From IMG/VR virus record IMGVR_UViG_3300044681_000784, positions 1 to 61,700 of that record: a DNA stretch of 61,700 nt; one strand, 5' to 3'. Below the pieces are notes generated by a model. The model saw only the letters and a program-made list of their open reading frames with translations, searched no databases and was not told the origin of the DNA. The position numbers and the translations under genes were made by a program. Of this stretch, positions 30,347-38,716 are shown one piece after another; the stretch's first letter is position 1, and every line of letters begins with the position of its first letter. The DNA comes from a virus (taxonomy: Duplodnaviria; Caudoviricetes).

Positions 30347-30832
30347 TTACCAAAGAGCTATAATCTTAGCAGCAGCGACAGTTCCCGTAGCATAAACCCT
30401 CTTCACGCTCACAGGAATAAATGATCCTGCAGGGACAGCCGTAAATGTCACATCGTCGTTTCCAACAGTCAACACCCTTACGTCACCGGCAGTGCCTACA
30501 TAAAGCACACATCCGTTCTCGTTAGAACTTGCTGAGTACACACCGTAGTTCTTGGGAGAAGCAGCAAATATCGCAGCACTACAAACAAGAACTGTTGCGC
30601 TCAAAACACTTGCCACAGTAGCGGCGGTGCCGTCAGTCAAGTTGTAAACAATGTCTCCCGGGCGCACGTTCTGCGTAATAAAATTCGCAGTAGAGTCAAC
30701 AAGATGAGTGTTACCACCACCGGTCCCGGTAGTGGCACCTTCTCCAACAGGAGAAGAAATGTTAGGTATGTTGATGGTGTCGCTCAGAACAACCGGCAGA
30801 GCCCGACCAACCTGTAACTTTAAGTATGCCAT
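30347..30832 (-). CDS. Virion spike-base/decoration-like protein (161 aa)
   Basis: LYVGTAGDV.V......VTF..VPAGSFIPV.VKRV.ATGT motif with an inserted beta domain. Confidence 0.6.
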   Translation of the reverse strand: MAYLKLQVGRALPVVLSDTINIPNISSPVGEGATTGTGGGNTHLVDSTANFITQNVRPGDIVYNLTDGTAATVASVLSATVLVCSAAIFAASPKNYGVYSASSNENGCVLYVGTAGDVRVLTVGNDDVTFTAVPAGSFIPVSVKRVYATGTVAAAKIIALW

Positions 30833-31014
30833 TATCTTTGGTTTTTTACATCGTAAGGAAACATCCTGTTTAAAGAGTCACGCCTTGCCCCACAGCCACA
30901 GTCCTCAACACCAACTGCCGAAGCAGCCGCCTTTACCGCCTTCTTAATGCCGGTAACCGTCGTGAACTTCTCAACTGTATCGCCAAAACCTTTGCTCTTC
31001 TCGCTCAGTTTCAT
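30832..31014 (-). CDS. Small protein with CGC motif (60 aa)
   Basis: SKGFGDTVEKFT..TGIK...DCGC..RRD.LN..FPY; promoter TATATTTG at 31019-31026. Confidence 0.7.
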   Translation of the reverse strand: MKLSEKSKGFGDTVEKFTTVTGIKKAVKAAASAVGVEDCGCGARRDSLNRMFPYDVKNQR

Positions 31015-31026
31015 ACGACAAATATA

Positions 31027-31317
31027 CTAATATTTTCCTTTCCTTCCTTTGGGACTACTTTGTGTGGATCCCCCGGGGCCGGCCCAAAGATTCTTGCAGG
31101 CCCAATACTTTGGAGTCAACTTGTTTGTTGCAGAGTCGCAACCATGCCGGGCCTTGAAAGACTTCCTCGCAGCAGCAGAGTAGTTGTGGCCGTAGCCCTT
31201 CGCGCCATAGTGCAAAAGCTTTTCCTGACCTCCGGAGCAAGCCTTTACCATGCGCTTCTTCCCCGGCCTGTCCGATGGAACGGGCCGGTTGCAACTCATT
31301 TTTGACTTATCAGCCAT
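31027..31317 (-). CDS. Small basic protein (96 aa)
   Basis: KKRMVKAC...KLLHYG..GY..NYS..ARKSFKARH.C......PKYWAC..LW pattern seen in phage basic proteins. Confidence 0.75.
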   Translation of the reverse strand: MADKSKMSCNRPVPSDRPGKKRMVKACSGGQEKLLHYGAKGYGHNYSAAARKSFKARHGCDSATNKLTPKYWACKNLWAGPGGSTQSSPKGRKGKY

Positions 31318-31320
31318 AGC

Positions 31321-31413
31321 TTATTTTTTCTTAGAGCCGTAAGACATCTTGCTTCCCATCTTCTTGGAAGAGGTGGCAGTCTTAACTTTGCTCGTACATG
31401 GAACAGATTTCAT
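31321..31413 (-). CDS. Very small basic peptide (30 aa; not in the ORF track)
   Basis: MKSVPCTSKVKTATSSKKMGSKMSYGSKKK; downstream of TATCTTTG (31431-31438) and ends 3 nt before the next ATG. Confidence 0.5.
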   Translation of the reverse strand: MKSVPCTSKVKTATSSKKMGSKMSYGSKKK

Positions 31414-31444
31414 AGCGAAAGTTTTATATGCAAAGATAACTAAA

Positions 31445-31840
31445 TTATCTATGCCTTGCGGTCTTCTTGGCTATAGACTTTGGCTGACTGCTGAACTGCT
31501 TTCCGCTTCTCATATCCTGCCTCTTCTTCGCACTCGTTGCCGCGTACTCCTTAGATGAAAGAGACTCTCGAGCAGACTTTGGAAGGTACCTTTCCCCGGT
31601 AGCCTTTGGCCCTTGAATAGATGGCCTGCCACTCTTGGTACCCCAATCTTCCTTGGTCCACTTGCTTAGGCTTTTCTGCGACTTAGTCTTTCCGCCCGAG
31701 TATCCGCCACCCTTCTCTTCGTACTTCTTAGCAAGTATCTGAGCTTTCCGAGCTGACCATTGGCCGGGCTTACCGCCGTCTCCGGACCGCATAACTTGAT
31801 CCTTCAGCCTCTCGCGCAACTCCGGCTTTGTGTAGGCCAT
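31445..31840 (-). CDS. Basic protein, DUF5872-like
   Basis: YTKPELRER...GGKPGQWSARKAQ.LA..Y...GGGY...L.KW..E.W...GERYLP motif. Confidence 0.75.
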   Translation of the reverse strand: MAYTKPELRERLKDQVMRSGDGGKPGQWSARKAQILAKKYEEKGGGYSGGKTKSQKSLSKWTKEDWGTKSGRPSIQGPKATGERYLPKSARESLSSKEYAATSAKKRQDMRSGKQFSSQPKSIAKKTARHR

Positions 31841-32190
31841 TACTTCTTTTTTTGACTTGGAGTTCTGTAGTCTACAAACCTTGTCGCTCCACTCTTAAGT
31901 TTAGATATAACACCGGGGACATCTTGTCTTTTTACCTTACTTACAATAGGTTTTGCACCGGCATAGGATTTTGTAAATGGGAACTCCTTCTTGCCTTTAC
32001 CAAAACCTGTTGTGTCAATAGACTCCATTGGAGAATACTTTCCATAAGTTCTCAACAACTTTCCGCTGTTGAATGCCATGTATGAACCACCCTTATTAAT
32101 TGGCTCAGGCTGCTTTCCTGCAGACTTAGGGCTACCTTTGCCGGGACCTTTACCCGGACCTTTGCTTGTTGACTTTCTCATAGATGCCAT
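31840..32190 (-). CDS. Basic protein with shared MAxMxKSxSKGPGKG leader (116 aa)
   Basis: ORF translationally coupled on both sides. Confidence 0.75.
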   Translation of the reverse strand: MASMRKSTSKGPGKGPGKGSPKSAGKQPEPINKGGSYMAFNSGKLLRTYGKYSPMESIDTTGFGKGKKEFPFTKSYAGAKPIVSKVKRQDVPGVISKLKSGATRFVDYRTPSQKKK

Positions 32191-32510
32191 TACTTATTTT
32201 TTTTCATGCGAGCCATGCGAGCTCTCATACCTTCTGACATTCCGGCCATCCGATTGTAGTCCGTACTAAGAACCTTGCTCTTGCCTGAAACAGCCTTTGG
32301 CTTCTCTCCCAACACACCCCGGGTGTACCCTTGGCGGTAGGCAACGCTATCCATGGCGGTAGGCGTAACCTTCTTTCCGCCCGGGCCCATTCCTCTTAAG
32401 CCTTCGTACTTAGGGCCTACGCTTGAGGTTGTTTTTTTCGCAGATGTTTTTGCCCCATCTCCGTTTCCTTTGCCGGAGCCTTTGCTCATTGACTTTTTCA
32501 TTGTTGCCAT
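32190..32510 (-). CDS. Basic protein with shared MATMKKSMSKG leader (106 aa)
   Basis: ORF in the tandem array. Confidence 0.75.
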   Translation of the reverse strand: MATMKKSMSKGSGKGNGDGAKTSAKKTTSSVGPKYEGLRGMGPGGKKVTPTAMDSVAYRQGYTRGVLGEKPKAVSGKSKVLSTDYNRMAGMSEGMRARMARMKKNK

Positions 32511-32512
32511 GG

Positions 32513-32827
32513 TTATTTCTTTTTAGGAGAAGGCGTGTTTGCCATGTCGTTTATGAACTTGTAGCCACGACTAACCAAAGACCGTTGCGGAGCAGTTTTC
32601 TTTTTGTAAGCCTCGCTGCGCGCATCGTAAGCTTTATTGAATCGAGACTCGGCTTGCTTTTTAGACATCATGCCTCCTACAGCTTTAGGACTGTATGTAT
32701 ATGTGGTGTCACTTCCACTGATGGTGCGAGTAACTCCGCCTGCTGTTTCTTTCATAGGCTTCATTCCGTTGCCTTTGCCGGGACCTTTGCCGGGACCTTT
32801 GCTCATTGACTTTTTCATTGTTGCCAT
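32513..32827 (-). CDS. Basic protein with shared MATMKKSMSKGPGKG leader (104 aa)
   Basis: ORF in the tandem array. Confidence 0.75.
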   Translation of the reverse strand: MATMKKSMSKGPGKGPGKGNGMKPMKETAGGVTRTISGSDTTYTYSPKAVGGMMSKKQAESRFNKAYDARSEAYKKKTAPQRSLVSRGYKFINDMANTPSPKKK

Positions 32828-32839
32828 GGTTGTTTGTGT

Positions 32840-33091
32840 TTAAGAGGTTCTCTTTGATCTGCTACCAATAAACCCCTGAAGCCCTGCAAGGCCGTAAGAT
32901 CCGCCTTCCCCCTGCTTCCGGTTTTTACTTGTGGTAGATATAGCTTTTGTTTTCTTCTGCAGAACAGCAAGCCTATCCTGAGAAGCCTTAGTCCTACGAT
33001 CAGAATAAGCCTTGTTTATTTCGCGGATAGAGTCACCAAGAGTCTTCTTTGACTCCTTCTTTTCGGCAACCTTTGTTTTCTTTTCAGCCAT
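32840..33091 (-). CDS. Small basic protein (83 aa)
   Basis: Start placed at MAEKK, downstream of the minus-strand TATCTTTG at 33113-33120. Confidence 0.65.
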   Translation of the reverse strand: MAEKKTKVAEKKESKKTLGDSIREINKAYSDRRTKASQDRLAVLQKKTKAISTTSKNRKQGEGGSYGLAGLQGFIGSRSKRTS

Positions 33092-33096
33092 ATTGC

Positions 33097-33120
33097 TATC
33101 TTTGCAGTACCACAAAGATA
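33097..33120. promoter_or_regulatory. Pair of opposed Bacteroidetes -7 promoter elements
   Basis: TATCTTTG (+, 33097-33104) and CAAAGATA (-, 33113-33120) match TAnnTTTG and serve divergent genes. Confidence 0.7.
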
Positions 33121-33132
33121 AAAAAAAATCAA

Positions 33133-33573
33133 ATGAAATCTGACTACTTAAAGTATTGGAGACCTATAAAGTATTTCATAAAACGTAAATATGGCGTGTC
33201 AGAAACAAACCTCGATATCCTCCTGTTCTTGTACTCGGAGAAATACTTCATGCTCTCGGACCTCAGAAAATACAACGAAATCGTCCCATGGTGTCGTGAA
33301 AGATTTGACAACCTTCTTCGAGATGGGTTTGTCGAAGTATTCCGGGATTTTCCCGAGAAGCGAGGAAGAATCTATAGACTCACAAGGAAGAGCACAAGAA
33401 TGATAGCAAGCTTGTACAGCAAGCTCGAAGGAAACGACATCCCAATGACATACGGCAACAACCCTATGTTCAAAAAGAAAACAAAGTACACAGATAAGGT
33501 TTACAGAAACTACATAAAGGAGCTGAATGAAAAACGAAAGCAAGAGCGATTCTCAGATAACGATGGTCTGTAA
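33133..33573 (+). CDS. Winged-helix (MarR-like) DNA-binding protein
   Basis: LDILLFLYSE...F..L..DG.V......IY.LT.K wHTH pattern. Confidence 0.55.
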   Translation: MKSDYLKYWRPIKYFIKRKYGVSETNLDILLFLYSEKYFMLSDLRKYNEIVPWCRERFDNLLRDGFVEVFRDFPEKRGRIYRLTRKSTRMIASLYSKLEGNDIPMTYGNNPMFKKKTKYTDKVYRNYIKELNEKRKQERFSDNDGL

Positions 33574-34075
33574 CGACTGCCTCATTGAAAAACCTATAGA
33601 CCAATTCAGGCCATACACCAAAAAAAGAAAAAACAAAGTCTATCATAGCAGAGTTAAATCGTGCCGGCCATGCGAGAACAAGCAAAGAAGAGAAAGGGTT
33701 AAAAAGAATCCTGAAAAAACAAGAGAATCGTACAAAAGGTACTACGAAAAGAATAAATCGAACCCCCTGTTCTACCTAAAGAAAATTGCAAGGCACCACG
33801 TCTATGCCGCACTCAAAAAAAACTCATCAACAAAAAAACAAAAAACAGAAAAGTACATAGGGTGCACCATTGAGTTCCTAAAAGAACACATCGAGAAACA
33901 GTTCGATGATAAAATGACTTGGGAAAACTACGGATCCTATTGGCACATTGACCACATCATCCCCCTTGGATTGGCAACGACAGAGTCAGAACTCATGCAG
34001 CTTCTTCACTACACCAACCTGCAACCACTCGAAGCATCAGCAAACATTCTGAAAGCAATGAAGCTCGACTACTAA
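33527..34075 (+). CDS. HNH endonuclease with N-terminal CxxC/CxxC zinc finger (homing-like)
   Basis: CNDC...CRPC; M.WENYG..WHIDHIIP...HYTNLQPL...N..K; very A-rich compared with its neighbours. Confidence 0.8.
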   Translation: MKNESKSDSQITMVCNDCLIEKPIDQFRPYTKKRKNKVYHSRVKSCRPCENKQRRERVKKNPEKTRESYKRYYEKNKSNPLFYLKKIARHHVYAALKKNSSTKKQKTEKYIGCTIEFLKEHIEKQFDDKMTWENYGSYWHIDHIIPLGLATTESELMQLLHYTNLQPLEASANILKAMKLDY

Positions 34076-34169
34076 ATTCTGCCACTATTTACGTTTGTTG
34101 GCATTTTTAAGTATACCCTATCGGTGATTGTTTCGCATCTATTGGTTTGGTTTGTACCCGAACGGGCAC

Positions 34170-34198
34170 AAAAAAAGCCCCACCGAAGTAGGGCTTTT
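34170..34198. terminator. Bidirectional terminator between convergent units
   Basis: AAAAAAAGCCC-CACCGAAGTA-GGGCTTTT. Confidence 0.7.
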
Positions 34199-34474
34199 GT
34201 AATAAATAAAGCATTAATTTGTTACAACTCGTCCTTTAAGTGTTACTTTCTGTAGGCATACTGTCAGGTTTAACCTTATTAAAGAGATACATTTGATCAT
34301 GTTCACGACTCGTGAACAGGCGGAATAGGTGAACAATTCTTCTTGAGATACTCCTCTATCATATCCTTTCCATACGATACAAAGTAAAACTTGTCCTTAT
34401 CCCGGATAGCCCATAAGCACTCCAAAATAACATCAACGCTTATTTCGCTATCCACTACCCTTTATTGGATTTGG

Positions 34475-34732
34475 TTACTCAACAACAACAACGTCTCTCT
34501 CTTGGATGATCGTGTACGGCTCATCCTTGATCAACATCTTGTACGACTGACGAGTGTCATAGTATATCACGTCATCCTTCAGTATCGACTCAACCTCAGT
34601 GCCCGGCATTACAACCCGGGCCTTCCGGTAACGAAGGCTCTGAGCCTCCTCTCCGCTAAGAATCAACCCCGAAGAAGTCTTCAACTCCTCCTCAATCGTC
34701 TTAACAATAATGTTCTTTCCTATTGCTTTCAT
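34475..34732 (-). CDS. groES: Co-chaperonin GroES (85 aa)
   Basis: MKAIGKNIIV...KTSSGLIL...A.VV..G.....DDVIYY......I....Y.II.E.DV; ATGA overlap with the upstream gene. Confidence 0.85.
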   Translation of the reverse strand: MKAIGKNIIVKTIEEELKTSSGLILSGEEAQSLRYRKARVVMPGTEVESILKDDVIYYDTRQSYKMLIKDEPYTIIQERDVVVVE

Positions 34733-35184
34733 TGCTTCAATTTTTTTGCCATGTCTTCGTACCACTTTGCCTTCTCCAAGTCCCTCTCAGCAGGCTGCCC
34801 CGGCTTGGTGCCGGCCCTCATCCTGTACTTGAAAGCGTTCATCTCACAGAAAGCAACATACTTCTCAACACCCCACACAAATATCATGATCTCATACACC
34901 TCCTTGGGGAAAAACTTGTAGTGGCTCGGGTTAATAGAGTCGTAATCACCCGGTTTTTCATTCTGCTTTACCGGCCTCTCCTCCTGCTCATCCCCCTTAT
35001 CCCCATCATACCAAGTAGAAGAAAAAGAAAACGAACCACCCTCACCCCAAAAATACTCGCAGTTACCGTCAACAATGGGAGGCTTATCAAACATCTCTCC
35101 AATAAAATTCTTATTGATCGTGCTCCGTAAGCACATATTTTTTAACGGGCATCCAATGCCACTGCAGCCTTTGATCTTTGTCAT
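34729..35184 (-). CDS. DUF3310/SaV-like protein with N-terminal Cys-rich segment
   Basis: INPSHY...FCEMNAFKY..RAG.K......DLEKAKWY; N-terminal C..G.GCP....C.R...C..F. Confidence 0.7.
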   Translation of the reverse strand: MTKIKGCSGIGCPLKNMCLRSTINKNFIGEMFDKPPIVDGNCEYFWGEGGSFSFSSTWYDGDKGDEQEERPVKQNEKPGDYDSINPSHYKFFPKEVYEIMIFVWGVEKYVAFCEMNAFKYRMRAGTKPGQPAERDLEKAKWYEDMAKKLKQ

Positions 35185-35189
35185 CTCAA

Positions 35190-36815
35190 TTAACTTTGGG
35201 TTTCATATGAACGGGCCATCGTTACAATGGCGTTAGTACTCAAAATCGTAGTGGCAACACTAACCGCATTCTCCAACGCACTCCGGGTTACCTTCATCGG
35301 ATCAACAACACCAAGCTTGAACAAGTTCCCAATGGCACCCGTCTTCAAACAAATCCCCTCGTTGTACGTCAAAGCATTGTCACTATAAACCCCAAGGTCA
35401 CAGTACCCGGAGTTCAAAAGGATCTGACGCAACGGAGCACCAATAGCACTCGAGATGATCTCCCTCGCAGCCATGTGCTCTGCACCATCACGAACCCTCA
35501 CAGCATCGTTAAAGTTCTCAGAGATGTGGTGCAACGCCCTACCTGCCCCGGGAAGAATACCCTCCTCTAAAGCACTGCGAACAGCACACACCGCATCGTC
35601 CACCCGGTCAAACAACTCCTTCTGCTCAATGTCTGTGTTTCCACCAACAAAGATCACACCTACTCCACCGGATAACGAGGCAATCCTGCTCAAGATAAAC
35701 TCCCGGTCCTCCTTCCTACTCGACTCCTCATACGCATCGCGAAGCTGAGCAACCCTGCGATCAACCTCCTCGCCATCGGTCCGGTAGTCCGAGTTCACAA
35801 TAACCGTACTGTCACGACTAACCACAACCTTGGCAGCGTGGCCCAAGTCCGCGTAGGTCATCAACGACAAGTCATCACCTGTCTTCTCAGAGAAGTATGT
35901 AGCACCAACACTAACGGCAATGTCACTCATCAACTCGTGCTGCTTGTACCCAAACTGAGGTGGCTGTATCGCAACAACCTTCAAGTTGTTCTTAATCTTG
36001 TTCGCAGCCAACGTGTTCACAACATTTGTACTGCAAGGAGCAATGATCAACAACCTCTTGTTTTCAGAAATCACCGGCTTCAACACCTGCTCAATCTGCA
36101 AAATATTACTGATCTCAGCGTCCGACACCAAGATCATCACGTCCTCATAAACAACCTCGTCCCTCTTCTGATCGTTTACGAAAAGATTACTCAAGTATCC
36201 CCTCTCAACCCTAAACCCATGAGAAATCTCAGAGTAAGTCTCCGAGTTCTGAGAACGCTCAACGGTAACAATACCGTCCCGACCAACCTCGTTGTACACG
36301 TCCGCAATAATACGGCCAATCTCCTTGTCATTGTTCGCGGATATAGTAGCGACGTCTAACAGCATCTTCTTACTAACTTGTTTCTTTCGAGTCTTTAGGA
36401 CGTCGACTACCGTATCCACCAATCTTGTCATCTCCCTCAAAACCTCCGTCCTGTTCAACGAAGTGTTACTCCCCAAAACCCTCATCCCATTCTCAACCAT
36501 GGCCTCCGTCAAAACAATAGCCGTAGTGGTGCCATCACCGGCAACCGTAGCGGTACGATCCGCCGCTTGCTTCATCATACGAACAGCTAAGTTCTCAACC
36601 GGATCCAACAAGTCAACAGACTTCGCAACAGTAACACCATCCTTGGTCACCGTCATGCCACCAAGATGATTGCTCGACTCAATCAGCACAGTGTTGCCAC
36701 TCGGACCTAACGTGCTCTTCACAGCACCGGCCATCTTCTTTACACCACTTAACAGCTTTCTCCGGCCATCTTCGCCGAACACCAAGTCCTTTGGTGAGTA
36801 TCCAATTTCATTCAT
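35190..36815 (-). CDS. groEL: Chaperonin GroEL (541 aa)
   Basis: TLGP.G, TKDGVTVAK, AGDGTTTA, SAN.D, DRVDDA..A...A.EEGI..G.G and DP.KV.R.AL.NA.S.A motifs; no GGM tail; promoter at 36834-36841. Confidence 0.95.
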   Translation of the reverse strand: MNEIGYSPKDLVFGEDGRRKLLSGVKKMAGAVKSTLGPSGNTVLIESSNHLGGMTVTKDGVTVAKSVDLLDPVENLAVRMMKQAADRTATVAGDGTTTAIVLTEAMVENGMRVLGSNTSLNRTEVLREMTRLVDTVVDVLKTRKKQVSKKMLLDVATISANNDKEIGRIIADVYNEVGRDGIVTVERSQNSETYSEISHGFRVERGYLSNLFVNDQKRDEVVYEDVMILVSDAEISNILQIEQVLKPVISENKRLLIIAPCSTNVVNTLAANKIKNNLKVVAIQPPQFGYKQHELMSDIAVSVGATYFSEKTGDDLSLMTYADLGHAAKVVVSRDSTVIVNSDYRTDGEEVDRRVAQLRDAYEESSRKEDREFILSRIASLSGGVGVIFVGGNTDIEQKELFDRVDDAVCAVRSALEEGILPGAGRALHHISENFNDAVRVRDGAEHMAAREIISSAIGAPLRQILLNSGYCDLGVYSDNALTYNEGICLKTGAIGNLFKLGVVDPMKVTRSALENAVSVATTILSTNAIVTMARSYETQS

Positions 36816-36927
36816 AACAGATTAGATTTTCGACAAATATATACAAAAGAATTATACCAAACAAACACCTCAACAACGAAAGTAAAGATACCCCTTGACA
36901 ACCTCATCAACTTGGTAAAGATATACC

Positions 36928-37097
36928 ATGACAGAAATGTCGATTCCTTCCTCCCCTACTCTCTCTCTATTTTAACTTCACACGCAACTTTTTTTTATTA
37001 TTTCATTTCGCTTTTAAAATCGACATTATCGACATCTTATTGATTATCAGTACTATTTTCGACATTAAATCGACATTAAAATGTCAGTAATTGACAT
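36928..37097. repeat. Origin-like element, copy 1 (ATGTCGA/TCGACAT iterons in inverted arrangement)
   Basis: Arms at 36928-36943 and 37020-37035 flank a CTACTCTCTCTCTA/T-rich spacer; extra TCGACAT at 37059 and 37070. Confidence 0.7.
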
Positions 37098-37141
37098 ATA
37101 TAGAAGTAAAAGAGAGAAAAGTAGGTAGGTATAGATAAAAG

Positions 37142-37160
37142 AAAAGGGGCCTAAGCCCCT
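37142..37160 (-). terminator. Terminator after 37186..37419
   Basis: Minus strand AGGGGC-TTAG-GCCCCTTTT. Confidence 0.65.
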
Positions 37161-37185
37161 AATCTCGATAACCAAAAAACATATA

Positions 37186-37419
37186 TCAACGTCGCTTAAT
37201 GGGCATCGTAGTCAACATCTGATACCCTAACTCCTTCTCCATCTCAGCACGACGAATACCCTCAGCAATCATGCTCACCTTCTTCTCACGCTTCATGTCA
37301 CTCTTCAACTGAGCAGCTCTCTGAATTCCATTCATACTGCATGGACGATTATTGATCAAACGACCACCGCGAACATCCAACCCATTGGATATCGACTTCA
37401 TAATAATAGGCTTTTTCAT
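37186..37419 (-). CDS. Hypothetical protein (77 aa); first gene of the leftward arm
   Basis: Start MKKPIIMK follows the TATCTTTG promoter at 37434-37441; the upstream part of the 235-aa track ORF is repeat-derived. Confidence 0.65.
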   Translation of the reverse strand: MKKPIIMKSISNGLDVRGGRLINNRPCSMNGIQRAAQLKSDMKREKKVSMIAEGIRRAEMEKELGYQMLTTMPIKRR

Positions 37420-37459
37420 AGTAAGTGTTTTGGCAAAGATACAAAAAGGTTCAGATACA

Positions 37460-37940
37460 CAGGGGCTGAGGGTTCCCCCCTGCTTTGGCGCGGCCGGGCC
37501 CGATGCGAAACCGCCCCTGCGCGAAGGTGGGGGGGGTGCTCTCGGCTTGGCGCAGCTCGGATTTTTGGCGTTTTTCTGCCATGCCCATGCTGTGCTGTTC
37601 CCATGCCGACAAATCTGCCATGCTCCCGATATCTGCCATGCATCCGCATCCGCATCCGCTCCATGCTCCATGCTCCCATCCCCATGCTCCCAATGATCCC
37701 CATGCTCCATGCTCCATGCTCCATGCATCCGATGTGCTGCGCATCCGCATCCATGCATCCGCTGTGCATCCGATTCGTCCCATATTTCGCAAACATTAGG
37801 GACAGGCCGAGCGCACCCAATATCTGCCCAATGACTGCCAAACCAAATGCCAACAATCGGATTTCCCCCGATTATCCCTACCAAATCTGCCATTGTGTCA
37901 GGTCAAAAGAAGGATGACTACCCCCCATCCATGCTCCCGA
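37460..37940. repeat. GC-rich box followed by a strand-biased CCATGC/GCATCC short-repeat field; probable genome terminus/packaging region
   Basis: G-run near 37526-37539; about 14 CCATGC and about 8 GCATCC, all on the + strand; lies at the divergence point of the two arms. Confidence 0.6.
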
Positions 37941-38140
37941 TGACTAAACTCACAAAAAAAATTGCGCTCTACAGCCCTTTGATAGCAAGGGATTCAGAAT
38001 TTTAACATTTTTTTTTGCTTCCCACATTTGGTAGTTTAAAAACTTCTAACGTACTTTGTCATGTTGCTAGTCAAAACATGAACAAAAACTTGTATATATA
38101 TAACCACACGCACGATAATAACCACACACACGATATCACT

Positions 38141-38175
38141 AATCACTAATCACTAATCACTAATCACTAATCACT
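38141..38175 (+). repeat. (AATCACT)5 tandem repeat in the leader of the first early gene
   Basis: Five perfect copies; the same heptamer recurs before several early start codons. Confidence 0.9.
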
Positions 38176-38183
38176 TATCAATC

Positions 38184-38681
38184 ATGAAAATCGCAAGAAG
38201 AATGTATCTAAACATCGGGAAAGCTAACAATCCCTTTGGACAATTTACGGATGAACAATTTGCAGACCTTCTATATAGTCTGCCCGACATTCACAGCAAA
38301 CCACACGTCGAAACCCATGTTGGAGAATGGGAAGGTCAGCGCGAAGAGACCTTTGTGGTAGACCTTATACACTATGATGATGACGCATCATCAAGAACAG
38401 AATCATATTACAAGTTTATCAGCACATTGCTATCCTTCACTACTCAGGATGCCATTGGAGTAATTTCCTTTGATGGCAGAGTAGATGAATCTGCAGGATA
38501 TGTAGAACGCGTTTGGCTGAATGGAGCGGAATTGAGGGAGTATTACTTCAGCAGTCCTCGTCTATTTTGGCATTACGGAGTAGAGCAGAAATATGAATTT
38601 AACAATGAATTCTTCATCATGCCATCTACCATAACTGATGTAGAGCGCGAAGCACATCAAAGAACGCTAAACTTGAAATAA
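38184..38681 (+). CDS. Putative SAM lyase (T3 SAMase-like) anti-restriction protein
   Basis: G-E-W-E-G-Q-R-E-E-T and Q-D-A-I motifs align by eye with the T3 SAMase G.Y...EE.T...QDCV motifs; first rightward gene. Confidence 0.5.
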   Translation: MKIARRMYLNIGKANNPFGQFTDEQFADLLYSLPDIHSKPHVETHVGEWEGQREETFVVDLIHYDDDASSRTESYYKFISTLLSFTTQDAIGVISFDGRVDESAGYVERVWLNGAELREYYFSSPRLFWHYGVEQKYEFNNEFFIMPSTITDVEREAHQRTLNLK

Positions 38682-38685
38682 AAAA

Positions 38686-38703
38686 TGTCTCTTCGAAGAG
38701 ACA
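38686..38703. promoter_or_regulatory. Perfect 18-bp palindrome TGTCTCTTCGAAGAGACA, copy 1 of 5
   Basis: Identical copies at 40119, 40168, 41897 and 43721. Confidence 0.9.
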
Positions 38704-38716
38704 AAATTCCAAACCC

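Noticed and set aside
33527-34075. Group I intron or intein around the HNH gene
   Set aside because: The HNH gene is free-standing between intact genes; no split host gene or splice-junction motifs are evident.
37352-37917. Multiple overlapping ORFs (including the upstream two-thirds of 37186..37893)
   Set aside because: Low-complexity translations of the stop-poor CCATGC/GCATCC repeat field; a promoter at 37434-37441 defines the real start at 37419.
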